Origin: Vicinamibacteria bacterium
GTDB lineage: Bacteria; Acidobacteriota; Vicinamibacteria; Vicinamibacterales; JAENWD01
Direction of reading: 5' to 3'
Assembly: GCA_963800785.1 (NCBI GenBank)
Contig: CAWDCH010000013.1
Span: forward strand, 141,877-205,876
Length of the DNA: 64,000 bases
In this document: in pieces, positions 14,584 to 25,953 of the stretch
Position numbering within the stretch: position 1 is the stretch's first letter
Layout: every line of letters begins with the position of its first letter
Translations under genes and position numbers: made by a program
The notes under the pieces: model-generated
What the model saw: only the letters and a program-made list of their open reading frames with translations
What the model was told of the DNA's origin: nothing
Database searches by the model: none

Positions 14584-15594
14584 ATGGCCTTTGGGCGCCG
14601 CCATCAGGAATTCGAGCGTCAGAGGACTCGAGTGCTCAGGCTCGCGATTGCACTGTGTGTGATCCTCGCCGTAGCGTTGAGCGCCGGCCCGAAGCTTGGC
14701 GGGCAGGCGACAACGCCGGAGCGGCGACTCGCGATTACGTTCGATGACCTGCCTGGCGTGTCCCGGCAGTCGACGGCCACCAATCTCGACACCATCAACG
14801 CCCGTCTGTTAGCTACGTTGCGGATCGAACGCGTGCCCACGGTGGGTTTCGTCAACGAACGCGGCGTCGACGTCGAGGGGGAGCGCGACGCGCGGACCGC
14901 GATTCTCAAGCGGTGGCTCGATGCGCGCATGGAGCTCGGGAACCATACCTATTCCCATCCGGACCTGAACACGATGTCTCCCGACCAGTACGAGGTCGAC
15001 ATCCTGAAAGGAGAGCGCCTCACCCGAAAACTGGCGACGGAACGAGGGGGGGTGCTGCGCTGGTTCCGCCACCCTTTCACGCATACAGGGCCGACTGCCG
15101 AGATCAAGGCGCGAATCGACGGCTTCCTGGGCGCGCACGGCTACACCGTGGCACCGTTCACGATTGAGACCGCGGACTATGCGTTTGCAGCGGTGTACGA
15201 GCACGCGACGCTTTCGACAGACGACGCAGCGGCGGACAAGGCCATGGCCGCCTACCTCAGCGCGACTGACGAGCGCGTGGCGTTCTGCGAATCGCTTGCC
15301 GCGGACACTTTCGGGCGGGAGATCCCGCACGTCCTGCTAATCCATGTGAACCGGTTGAATGCTGACGCGATGCCCGAGCTGCTGCGCCGGTTGAAGGCCC
15401 GCGGGTACTCATGGATTTCACTCGCTGATGCGCTGAGGGACGAGGCGTACGCTACCCGCGACGACTACGTTGGCCGAAGCGGCCCTTCGTGGTTGCATCG
15501 TTGGAGGATTGTGCTGGGTAAACCGGATCGTTTGCACGACGAACCGGATCCGCCAGCGTGGATCGCGGAGGCGTTCAGCGCACGCCCGCAGTAG
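14584..15594 (+). CDS. polysaccharide deacetylase (NodB-homology) family protein with signal/TM segment
   Basis: 336-aa ORF with a hydrophobic N-terminus, ITFDDLPG and NHTYSHPDL. Confidence 0.75.
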   Translation: MAFGRRHQEFERQRTRVLRLAIALCVILAVALSAGPKLGGQATTPERRLAITFDDLPGVSRQSTATNLDTINARLLATLRIERVPTVGFVNERGVDVEGERDARTAILKRWLDARMELGNHTYSHPDLNTMSPDQYEVDILKGERLTRKLATERGGVLRWFRHPFTHTGPTAEIKARIDGFLGAHGYTVAPFTIETADYAFAAVYEHATLSTDDAAADKAMAAYLSATDERVAFCESLAADTFGREIPHVLLIHVNRLNADAMPELLRRLKARGYSWISLADALRDEAYATRDDYVGRSGPSWLHRWRIVLGKPDRLHDEPDPPAWIAEAFSARPQ

Positions 15595-15660
15595 GGCTCG
15601 ACGTCATGTCGCGCAGGTGTTGCCGAAGCCAACGCTTGAGCCGGGGTACGATGGCGTTCA

Positions 15661-17943
15661 TTACGGCTGTGTGGGCAGCGCGGCGTTTTCTGGCTGCGTG
15701 CCGGCGATGAACGCCTCGCCGATCGCGCCTTCGCCCGTCGATGGCGCTCCGGTCCCTTTATCCACCGACACGAACACTATATTCCCGGGGGCGGTGAATT
15801 CGGGCTTGTTGTCGCGCCCGCGCCTGGCGAGATACGCCTTCATGACGTCGATCCAGATCGGCAGCGCGACATTAGCGCCGGTCTCGCCGCGGCCCAGCGT
15901 CTTCTTCTCGTCGTAGCCAATCCAGATCCCGATCGTGATATCGGGATCGAAGCCGATGAACCACGCATCGGTGTATTCATCCATCGTCCCCGTCTTCCCG
16001 GCGACGGGCCAATCGAGCGCGGCGGCAGCGGCCGCTGTGCCGCGGGTGGTGACGCCCCGCAGCAGATTTGTCATCACGAACGCGGTGTCCGCGCGGATCG
16101 CGTCGTGCGGTTCGGGCCGGTTTTCTTCCAGCAGATTCCCCTGCCGATCGACCACGCGCAGGACCTCGTACGGCCGCATCCTGACTCCTTGGTGCGGGAA
16201 GACCGTATAGGCGCTCGTCGCGTCGAGAAGCGTGGCTTCCGTGGCGCCCAGTGCCAGCGACAGATAGGGCAGGAACTTGCTGGTGAATCCGAAGCGCTTC
16301 GCGTAATCGATAGCGACCGCCGGGCCGATGCTGTCCAGGAGCTTCACCGTCGGGATGTTTCTCGACTGCTCGATTGCGTGGCGCAGCGTAACCGGACCTT
16401 CGAACTTACGGTCATAATTCTGCGGCGAGTACAGCGGTTGATTCGGGCCGGCTGGATACGCCACCGGCGCATCGACAATCACTGACGCCGGCGTGTAGCC
16501 GCGATCGATGGCGGCCGTATAGACAATGGGCTTGAACGTCGATCCCATCTGCCTCCACGCCTGCGTTGCCCGGTTGAACTTGCTCCGCGAGAAGTCGAAG
16601 CCGCCGATCATCGCGCGAATCTGGCCTGTGCGGTTGTCGATGGCCACGAGCGCCCCCTCGACAATCGGATCCTGATCGAGACTCGCCGTGGCGAAGCGCC
16701 CCTCTTCGTCGATTGTCAGGATCTTCAACGGCACCAGATCGCCAGGCTTGAGAAAGTCGGGACTCTTCTTCCGGGTCCACTCGTAGCCGGACTTCGCGAT
16801 CTCGACGTAGTAGGGGCCGGCGCGCAGGAGAAACGAGGCGGCAGGAACGGCGCGCGGACCTTTACCCCCCGACGCGACGACCACCGCGGGCACGATGTCG
16901 CCCACGCGAATCGGCGTCTTCCAGCGGTCGTGCTGGAACGTTTCCACCGTCGCGCCGTCGGCGATGACGTTTCGACGTGGTTTGCGGAAGCCGCGGCGCT
17001 TGTCGACCTTCCGCAAGCCCGCATCGAAAGCCGCTTCGGCGGCCCGCTGGAGGTCGACGTTCAGCGACGTGTATACGGACAGGCCGCTCTCGTACAATCG
17101 CTTCGCGCCGTAGCGCTCCTCGAGGTGCTGCCGCACGTCTTCCAGGAAGAAGGGCGCAAACGTGTTCGTCAGCGGGCGGCCACTGGTGACAATGGGCGCC
17201 TGTTTCGCCTGATTGGCGCGAGCCTGGCTGATGAACCCTTCATCGGCCATGCGCTGCAGCGCGTAGTTGCGGCGCCGGCGCGCGGCTTCCGGGTTCACAT
17301 AGGGGCTTTGCCGCGACGGTCGCTGAATGATGCCGGCAAGGAGCGCCGCTTCCTCCAGCGTCACGTCCTTGGCCGACTTGCCGAAGTAGAGCCGTCCTGC
17401 CGCCTCGGCCCCATACGTGCCATGGCCCCACGGAATGTGGTTGCAGTACAGCGTGAAAATCTCGCGCTTCGTATAGCGCTTCTCGATCTGAATCGTCAGC
17501 AGCGCTTCCTTGATCTTGCGCTCCCACGTCTTCTCGTTGCTCAGGAACAGATTGCGCGCGAGCTGCTGGGTGAGCGTGCTCGCGCCATAGCGCTGGCCGC
17601 GGATGACATCGCGGATGGCAGTGACGACGATCCGCGGAATGCTCAGGCCGAGATGGGAATCGAAGGACTGATCTTCGGTGGCGATGATCGCCTGACGGAG
17701 AGTCGGAGAGATCTGGTCCGACGAGATGACGACGCGCCGCTGCGTCGCGAACTCGCCGACGACCTGGCCGTCCGCGGCGTGGACGCGAGTGATGGTGCTC
17801 GGCGCGTAGTCATCGAGCGTCGACACCTGCGGCATGTCGCCGGCCGACGCGAAGAGTAGGCCGCTGACGCTGCCGGCCGTTGCGGCAATCACGAACAGCG
17901 CCACGATGGCGGCCCGGCGGGCGATGCGGACGACGCGCGCCAA
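15661..17943 (-). CDS. mrcA: penicillin-binding protein 1A (bifunctional transglycosylase/transpeptidase)
   Basis: 760-aa ORF. GT51 motif EDQSFDSHLG; transpeptidase motifs STFK and KTGT. Confidence 0.9.
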   Translation of the reverse strand: MARVVRIARRAAIVALFVIAATAGSVSGLLFASAGDMPQVSTLDDYAPSTITRVHAADGQVVGEFATQRRVVISSDQISPTLRQAIIATEDQSFDSHLGLSIPRIVVTAIRDVIRGQRYGASTLTQQLARNLFLSNEKTWERKIKEALLTIQIEKRYTKREIFTLYCNHIPWGHGTYGAEAAGRLYFGKSAKDVTLEEAALLAGIIQRPSRQSPYVNPEAARRRRNYALQRMADEGFISQARANQAKQAPIVTSGRPLTNTFAPFFLEDVRQHLEERYGAKRLYESGLSVYTSLNVDLQRAAEAAFDAGLRKVDKRRGFRKPRRNVIADGATVETFQHDRWKTPIRVGDIVPAVVVASGGKGPRAVPAASFLLRAGPYYVEIAKSGYEWTRKKSPDFLKPGDLVPLKILTIDEEGRFATASLDQDPIVEGALVAIDNRTGQIRAMIGGFDFSRSKFNRATQAWRQMGSTFKPIVYTAAIDRGYTPASVIVDAPVAYPAGPNQPLYSPQNYDRKFEGPVTLRHAIEQSRNIPTVKLLDSIGPAVAIDYAKRFGFTSKFLPYLSLALGATEATLLDATSAYTVFPHQGVRMRPYEVLRVVDRQGNLLEENRPEPHDAIRADTAFVMTNLLRGVTTRGTAAAAAALDWPVAGKTGTMDEYTDAWFIGFDPDITIGIWIGYDEKKTLGRGETGANVALPIWIDVMKAYLARRGRDNKPEFTAPGNIVFVSVDKGTGAPSTGEGAIGEAFIAGTQPENAALPTQP

Positions 17944-17961
17944 CGTCAGCGTCCGAACAGT

Positions 17962-19902
17962 TCAGCGACGCGAGTGGCCGCCGCTACCGGCCCGCGACGG
18001 TGCCGCGCTCGCCGGCGCGGATCGCGCCGGCGGAGGAGCGGCTCGCATCGAGGGTGCCGACATGCTGGTGCGTGGGGCCCCCATCGAACGCATCGGGGCC
18101 GACGACGGCGACGCCGGAGCCCCCGAGAAACCCGGTCCCGAGTACGACCTGCTGGAGCGCGGCACGGCGTAGCCACCGCCCGAGCGAGGGCCGGAGGATC
18201 CGGGTGCCGACATGCTGCCACCGGAGCGCGGCGAAGGATCACCGTAGCCCTGGGGATATCCCGACGGTCCCCGATCCGGGGGTCGTGACACCGTGCCGCG
18301 ACCCGAATCCGAGCTGGGCATCACCGATCGCGACGATCCCGCCGAGTTGGGGAGATTCCGAGGCACGGCGACGCCAGCACGTTCGTACGCGTTCGCGGGA
18401 TTGCTGCCAGCCGGAGGCACTGGCGTGCCGCGGTGATAGATGACCGGAGGTGCCGGTGTTCCAGGTGTCTGGGTTCCACGGCCTCGCGCCGTAGCGAATC
18501 CTCGGTTCGAGTAAGTCCGTGTCGAGTAAGCGGGTGGCGTGGTAATCGCCGGGGTTCTGGCCGCAGGCGGTTGCACGATGCCGGGGCGATAGGTCGCAGA
18601 CGAGCCGGCCGGCGGCGCACCGAATCCGCGCCCTCGCGGTGAAGACGGGGAAGCCACCGAACCTGAGTTTGGATAGCCGCGCGTGAAGGACCCGCGCGGG
18701 ACAGCCGTATTGGTCGCTAAGCGCGCGTTCGGTGATACGACCGATCCGCGCGGAACAGCGATCCGTGGCTGGTTCGGCTGGACCACGAACGACGGCGGCG
18801 AGGCGCCGCGGAACGCTCGTGGATCGAATCGTCCCGCCGCGAAATGGCCGCGGCCAAAGGAGCCGGCAGAGACGACAGTCCACGCGCGTCCCGGGTTATA
18901 GCCGGCGTAGTAGCCCCGGTGCCCCCAGAATCCATGGACCGGGCGGTTGTTCCATCCAAGGGGACACCACCCGACGTATCCTGGCGCGACCGCCCAGTGA
19001 ACCCAGGCCGACGACCAGCCGATCGACGGCGCCCAGTACCAGCGTCCCCCGTTCAGTCCCCAGCGGCCATAGTGGTGTGTCGGGTACAACCAGCGGCGTC
19101 CGTGACCGATGAAGTTCCAGCCGAACCCGCCGTAGAACCGCCACTTGCCGTAGTAGTAGGGACGCCATGTCGCGGCCACGGTGGGATACCAGACGTAGCC
19201 GTACGGCGCAAGGTAGCTCCACGAGCCGTCCTCATCGAGCGAGCTCGCGTAAACATTGAGTTCCGACGGCAGATACGCGGCGGACGCCGTGCCGCGCCGC
19301 GAGTCGAGCAGTCCCTGCGACCAGAGATAGAACGCATCGGGTCGCGCCGAATTGAAGGCTATCGGCGCCAACGGATAGTCGCCCTGGTAGACGACGACCT
19401 GTTCGCCCGCCAGCACTGGCGCCGTGCCCGTGTCGCTGACGATGTTCGCGATCCCCCTCACGACCGCCACTTCGAGCCCTTCACGCTGGCCGTCGTTCAG
19501 GAGCGAGAGGCGCACTTCGCCGCTGCCGTCGATGCGCACCGACGCAGTCGCGCTGTCCACCTGCAGGCTTCCGGCGCCGCTCTCGGCAAACACCACCAGC
19601 CGGCCCTCGAGCAGCCGCACGATGTTGGCGCCATTGATGTCCACCGTCGTGCGCTCATCGAGGTGTAGTGCCGAGCCGTCGCCGAGGAGCACCTCCGCTC
19701 GGCCGGTCTCGGCGCGGATGCGATCACCGACTACCAGCGGGCTGTTCTGTTCCGCGGACTCTCGCCCGCTTTCGCGATCGAGAAACACCTGCCCGTCAAC
19801 GACGGAAAGATGGGGAGGCGGTGCGGTGGTGTCCTGCGCCCGTGCGACACTCGCCAGACCAAGCACGAGGCAGGTGCCAAGAGTTGCAAAAAGGCGTGTC
19901 AT
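17962..19902 (-). CDS. secreted FecR-domain protein with Trp/Tyr/Gly-rich middle region and long Ser/Pro/Gly-rich tail
   Basis: ORF 17962..19965. The likely start is MTRLFATLGTCLVLGLASVARAQ at 19902 (signal peptide). A FecR-like beta-rich N-domain is followed by a WxYxGxW-type region and a low-complexity tail. Confidence 0.6.
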   Translation of the reverse strand: MTRLFATLGTCLVLGLASVARAQDTTAPPPHLSVVDGQVFLDRESGRESAEQNSPLVVGDRIRAETGRAEVLLGDGSALHLDERTTVDINGANIVRLLEGRLVVFAESGAGSLQVDSATASVRIDGSGEVRLSLLNDGQREGLEVAVVRGIANIVSDTGTAPVLAGEQVVVYQGDYPLAPIAFNSARPDAFYLWSQGLLDSRRGTASAAYLPSELNVYASSLDEDGSWSYLAPYGYVWYPTVAATWRPYYYGKWRFYGGFGWNFIGHGRRWLYPTHHYGRWGLNGGRWYWAPSIGWSSAWVHWAVAPGYVGWCPLGWNNRPVHGFWGHRGYYAGYNPGRAWTVVSAGSFGRGHFAAGRFDPRAFRGASPPSFVVQPNQPRIAVPRGSVVSPNARLATNTAVPRGSFTRGYPNSGSVASPSSPRGRGFGAPPAGSSATYRPGIVQPPAARTPAITTPPAYSTRTYSNRGFATARGRGTQTPGTPAPPVIYHRGTPVPPAGSNPANAYERAGVAVPRNLPNSAGSSRSVMPSSDSGRGTVSRPPDRGPSGYPQGYGDPSPRSGGSMSAPGSSGPRSGGGYAVPRSSRSYSGPGFSGAPASPSSAPMRSMGAPRTSMSAPSMRAAPPPARSAPASAAPSRAGSGGHSRR

Positions 19903-20058
19903 CGGACTAACCCCAACATCGGACGTCGGCGGACGTCCTCGGGCATCGGCACGGCAGGCTGGCAAGGTCGAGTATACACCCCTTCAGGCCGGAAAACCGC
20001 TATTCGCCTGTAGGGCCGACCTTTAGGTCGACGACCTCCTGGTGACGAACGACAAAGA

Positions 20059-20087
20059 TTGACTGCATCACACTAACATTTCATACT
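20059..20087 (+). promoter_or_regulatory. candidate sigma70-type promoter of dnaK (TTGACT-17 nt-CATACT)
   Basis: TTGACT at 20059-20064, a 17-nt spacer, then CATACT at 20082-20087. This lies about 30 nt upstream of the dnaK ATG in an AT-richer patch. Confidence 0.4.
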
Positions 20088-20117
20088 GAAGCGATCCTAA
20101 GTCCACCACGAGGAACC

Positions 20118-22032
<1,915 letters not shown>

Positions 22033-22065
22033 GGGCGTCCGCCTCCGCGCGAGGCGGTAGGGCGA

Positions 22066-23187
22066 ATGGACTTCTACATCATTCTCGGCCTCGATCGCGG
22101 TGCGACGGTCGCCGACGTCAAAAAGGCGTATCGGCGGCTGGCGCGTCGCTATCACCCGGATGTGAATCCGGGCGATCAGCCGTCGGCGCTGCGCTTTCGG
22201 GAGATCGCGGAGGCCTACGCGATCCTGAGCGATCCGGAGCGGCGCCGTCGCTACGATCTGGTCGGCTACGAGCCCGCGCGGCCGGACAACGCGGCGACCG
22301 GCTTCGAGGGGTTCGACTTCTCGGCGGCGGTGTACGCGAACCAGCAGTCGACGTTCGGCGATCTCTTCGCCGATGTATTCCGCGGCGAGCCACTGCACGT
22401 GTCAGGTCCCGAGCGTGGCGCAGACCTGCATGCGACGGTCAACCTGACCTTCGAGCAGGCGATGCGGGGGGGCGAGTTTCGGGTCGCTGTCGTCAAGCAG
22501 GCGACGTGCAAGGACTGCGCAGGCACTGGGGTTCTGTCCGTCGCTGCGGCCAGGTGTCCGGCATGTGATGGGGTGGGGACTGTACGCTCGGCGCGCGGCC
22601 ACATGGTGTTCACGCGCGCCTGCGGCCGCTGCCGCGGCACCGGGATCCTGGCGCAGCAGGTGTGCGTCGGCTGCGGTGGTCTGGGATCGGTCGCGCGGAG
22701 CGAGCAGCTGGCGGTGGTGATTCCGCCAGGCGTTCACGACGGCGCGCGGATGCGACTCGGCGCCGCCGGCAGCGCAGGCCGGATGGGCGGGCCGCCGGGC
22801 GACGTCTACGTGACCGTTCACGTTTCGCCGCATCCGCTGTTCCGGCGGGAAGGGGACGAGCTTCATCTCGTGGTTCCGGTGGCGGTCCACGAGGTGGCCT
22901 TGGGGGCGCGGATCGACATTCCGGGTATCGACGGCCCGACTCGCCTGCGCGTGCCGCCCGGCACGCAGTCCGGCCAGCATTTCCGCCTCCGCGGCCGCGG
23001 CGCGCCGTCGCCGCGGACCGGCCGCCGAGGCGACCTGGTGGTCGAGGTCAGGCTGATGCTGCCCTCCGTGATGGACGAGCGATCGAAGCTGCTCCTGCGG
23101 GAGCTCGGGATGTTGAACGGCGAAAGCGTGCGCAACGAATTCGACAAGGCGTGGCGGACACCGGAGGCGGAAAAACGGGAAGCGTAA
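22066..23187 (+). CDS. dnaJ: DnaJ-class co-chaperone (J domain, four CxxCxG zinc motifs, C-terminal substrate-binding domains)
   Basis: 373-aa ORF with YHPDVNPGD, CKDCAGTG, CPACDGVG, CGRCRGTG and CVGCGGLG. Confidence 0.85.
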   Translation: MDFYIILGLDRGATVADVKKAYRRLARRYHPDVNPGDQPSALRFREIAEAYAILSDPERRRRYDLVGYEPARPDNAATGFEGFDFSAAVYANQQSTFGDLFADVFRGEPLHVSGPERGADLHATVNLTFEQAMRGGEFRVAVVKQATCKDCAGTGVLSVAAARCPACDGVGTVRSARGHMVFTRACGRCRGTGILAQQVCVGCGGLGSVARSEQLAVVIPPGVHDGARMRLGAAGSAGRMGGPPGDVYVTVHVSPHPLFRREGDELHLVVPVAVHEVALGARIDIPGIDGPTRLRVPPGTQSGQHFRLRGRGAPSPRTGRRGDLVVEVRLMLPSVMDERSKLLLRELGMLNGESVRNEFDKAWRTPEAEKREA

Positions 23188-23209
23188 GCGTTTATCAGAA
23201 GTGGGTCCT

Positions 23210-23701
23210 ATGGCGACAAAGCGAAGCGGCAAAGCGTATTACATGATCAGCGCCGTCGCGGCAAAGTACGACATCCATCCGCAGACGCTCCGACTGTACG
23301 AACGCGAAGGCCTGCTCAAGCCGTCGAGGACCGAGGGCAACACCCGCCTGTATTCCGAAGACGATCTCGACCAGCTCGAAACCATCCTGTCGCTGACGCG
23401 CGAGCTCGGCGTCAACCTCGCGGGGGTCGAGGTCATCCTCAACATGCGCCGCAAGATGGAGCGCATGCAGCAGGAAGTCAACGAGTTCATGGCGTATGTG
23501 AAGAAGGAGCTGGCGCGCGGGCTCGATGACTGGGAGCAGCGTCTCAGCACGGCGATGGTCAAATCATCGCCGACGGATCTCGTTCGATCCGGTGGGTCAG
23601 GTGCGACGGGTGCATCAGGTGCAACTGGTGCGTCCGGTGCGCGAAGCACGGACGAAGACGAGATCGACGTCGCGTCAACAGCGTCCAAGCGTTCGTCGTA
23701 G
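23210..23701 (+). CDS. hspR: MerR-family heat-shock repressor HspR
   Basis: YMISAVAAKYDIHPQTLRLYEREGLLKPSRTEGNTRLYSEDDL, located directly after dnaK-dnaJ. GTG 23201 is an alternative start. The C-terminus carries a short GATGAS repeat. Confidence 0.8.
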   Translation: MATKRSGKAYYMISAVAAKYDIHPQTLRLYEREGLLKPSRTEGNTRLYSEDDLDQLETILSLTRELGVNLAGVEVILNMRRKMERMQQEVNEFMAYVKKELARGLDDWEQRLSTAMVKSSPTDLVRSGGSGATGASGATGASGARSTDEDEIDVASTASKRSS

Positions 23702-23813
23702 CGGATCATATCCTGCACCTGTCGCGCCGAACGCTCTGCGCACCCACGCACTACGCACTGAACGCACCGTTCGTGTCGTCGCACCCATCGCAGTCGATCA
23801 GTGCTACAGTCTG

Positions 23814-24671
23814 ATGGTGCCTTGCCCGCTTTGCGACGATACCGGTTGGAAGCCGATCGAGATCGACGGTGTTCGACGAATGACGCGATGCGACTGCTGG
23901 CGCGCGAAGCTGGGCGACACACTGCTCGCCGACGCGAATATCCCGCGCCGCTACCAGCATTGCGATCTCGACACGTTCATCACCTACCCAAACGAGCGGC
24001 TGCTGAACGTCGTCAAGCGCACGAAGCGCTTTGCCGACGAGTTTCCGGTGGTGGAGAAAGGACTGTTCTTCGTCGGTCCACCAGGCGTCGGCAAGACACA
24101 CCTTGCGGTCGCAACGCTCCGGCGGGTCATCCAGCGGACCGGTGCGCGCGGCATCTTCTACGACACGCGCGATCTGCTACGCGTCATCCGAAGCACCTAC
24201 GATCCGGTGGTGCGCGCGACGGAAGTGCAGGTGCTGCAGCCGGTGATCCACGCCGACCTGCTGGTGCTGGACGATCTCGGCGCCGAAAAGACGTCCGAGT
24301 GGGTGGAAGAGACGCTGAACTTCATCGTCAACGAGCGCTACAGCCAGCGCCGGGCGACGATTTTCACGACGAACTACGAGGAAAAGGAAGATCGCGACGA
24401 CCCGAACTCGCTGCTGGCCCGCGTCGGGTTCCGTATGCATTCGCGGCTCTATGAGATGTGCGAGTTCCTCGAATACGAGGGCGCCGATTTCCGCCATGCC
24501 GAACCGAACTCGGGACCGAACGAGCTCCTGGCGCTCTGGAAGACGATGAAGCGCCCGGGCAAGCTGCCCTCACGCAGCAGCGGTCAGCTGCGAGCCCAGC
24601 TTCGCGAGCCACGGGCGAAGGCCGACAGCAAGGCCGACCTCAAATGGAGCGGGGGCAAGGCGGGACGTTAG
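23814..24671 (+). CDS. DnaC/IstB-like AAA+ ATPase with N-terminal Cys-rich motif
   Basis: The real start is probably ATG 23814 (MVPCPLCDDTGW...RCDCW). Walker A is GPPGVGKTH and Walker B is LLVLDDLG. The upstream part of ORF 23526.. is not protein-like. Confidence 0.75.
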   Translation: MVPCPLCDDTGWKPIEIDGVRRMTRCDCWRAKLGDTLLADANIPRRYQHCDLDTFITYPNERLLNVVKRTKRFADEFPVVEKGLFFVGPPGVGKTHLAVATLRRVIQRTGARGIFYDTRDLLRVIRSTYDPVVRATEVQVLQPVIHADLLVLDDLGAEKTSEWVEETLNFIVNERYSQRRATIFTTNYEEKEDRDDPNSLLARVGFRMHSRLYEMCEFLEYEGADFRHAEPNSGPNELLALWKTMKRPGKLPSRSSGQLRAQLREPRAKADSKADLKWSGGKAGR

Positions 24672-24776
24672 GCAAGGACGAAGGACGAAGAATGAGGGAC
24701 GAAGGACATGCGCTGAACAAGGCGTCCCTCGTCTCTCCTCCGTCGTCCTTCGTCCCTCGTCACTCGTCCCTCGGCC
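24671..24776. repeat. word hairpin (GGACGAAG / GAGGGACGA words and their complements)
   Basis: GAGGGACGAAGGAC (24694-24707) is perfectly complementary to GTCCTTCGTCCCTC (24744-24757). Further complementary words flank this core. Confidence 0.7.
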
Positions 24777-25885
24777 TCTACCTCCACATCCCCTTTTGCG
24801 CGCATATCTGCAACTACTGCAACTTCAACCGCGGTCTGTTCGATGAGCAGTTGAAGCGGGAGTATGTCGACGCGCTGGTGCAGGAGATTGGGTCGTCGGG
24901 CGACGGGTCTGCGGCAGACACTATTTTCTTTGGTGGCGGCACGCCGTCACTCCTGTCGGGCGAGGATGTCGGTCGGTTGATTGACGCCTGTCGCGACGCC
25001 TTCGACGTCGCGCCTGATGCCGAAGTCACCCTCGAAGCCAATCCCGAAACGGTGAGCGTCGAGAAGATTGCGGGCTACCGCGAGGCCGGCGTCAACCGCA
25101 TCAGCCTGGGCGTGCAATCCCTGGACGATCGGGAGCTCGCACGGCTCGATCGGCAGCACAATGCGGCGCGTGCGCGCCAGGCGTTGACCGACGTGCGGGC
25201 AGCCGGCATCGACAACGTCAGCCTCGATCTGATGCTGTGGCTGCCACAGCAGCGGCTCGAGGACTGGCAGTCGACGATCAACGGCCTCATCGAGCTCTCG
25301 CCGGACCACGCGTCCCTCTATCTCCTGGAGCTCTATCCCAATGCGCCGTTGAAGGAGTCCATCGCGCGGGAACGCTGGTCGCTTGCGCCCGAAGACGACG
25401 CGGCGGACATGTATCTGTGGGCGCTGGAACGCCTGGACGAAGCGGGGTACGAGCAGTACCAGATCTCGAACGTCGCGCGCGCCGGCCGAGTCGCGCGTCA
25501 CAACCTGAAATACTGGCGCGACGGGTCGTGGATTGGATTCGGGTGCGGCGCGCATTCGACGCGCGGCGCGTGGCGATGGGCGAACGTCGCCGGAACACGC
25601 GACTACGTTACACGTGTGACGAATGGCCTCTCCGCCGCCGACACGCGACGGCAGCGGACGGAGCAGGAGCGCCTGGAAGATGCGCTCTTCACCGGATTGC
25701 GGCTGTCCGAAGGCCTCGATCTGGACGTCATCGGCGGCCGTTACGGGGTCGATGCCTGGGACCGCTACGGCGACAGCCTCCGGCTGCACGAATCTGCCGG
25801 ACGTCTCAAGATCGACGGCCACCGCGTGCAGCTGACGCGCAGCGGAATGCTGGTCGCCAACGACGTGATGACCGTTTTCATCTAG
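24692..25885 (+). CDS. hemW: radical SAM heme chaperone HemW / coproporphyrinogen-III oxidase-like protein
   Basis: LGLYLHIPFCAHICNYCNF (CxxxCxxC), FFGGGTPS and GVNRISLGVQS. The nearest in-frame start upstream of the conserved core is ATG 24692, which lies inside the hairpin repeat. Confidence 0.85.
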   Translation: MRDEGHALNKASLVSPPSSFVPRHSSLGLYLHIPFCAHICNYCNFNRGLFDEQLKREYVDALVQEIGSSGDGSAADTIFFGGGTPSLLSGEDVGRLIDACRDAFDVAPDAEVTLEANPETVSVEKIAGYREAGVNRISLGVQSLDDRELARLDRQHNAARARQALTDVRAAGIDNVSLDLMLWLPQQRLEDWQSTINGLIELSPDHASLYLLELYPNAPLKESIARERWSLAPEDDAADMYLWALERLDEAGYEQYQISNVARAGRVARHNLKYWRDGSWIGFGCGAHSTRGAWRWANVAGTRDYVTRVTNGLSAADTRRQRTEQERLEDALFTGLRLSEGLDLDVIGGRYGVDAWDRYGDSLRLHESAGRLKIDGHRVQLTRSGMLVANDVMTVFI

Positions 25886-25953
25886 TTGTTTTAGCGGTTT
25901 CGTTGCTGATGATCGGTACGTTAGAGTATGGCCTTTCCGGAGGAGGAAACTCG

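Noticed and set aside
20058-20078. HAIR (HspR) operator upstream of dnaK
   Set aside because: It matches only 9/14 consensus positions and the two halves are poorly complementary. I kept it as an open question and did not annotate it as a feature.
23570-23660. GATGAS tandem repeat at the HspR C-terminus
   Set aside because: It is a short in-frame 9-18-nt repeat encoding a Gly/Ala/Ser/Thr tail. It is probably simple slippage with no evident significance.
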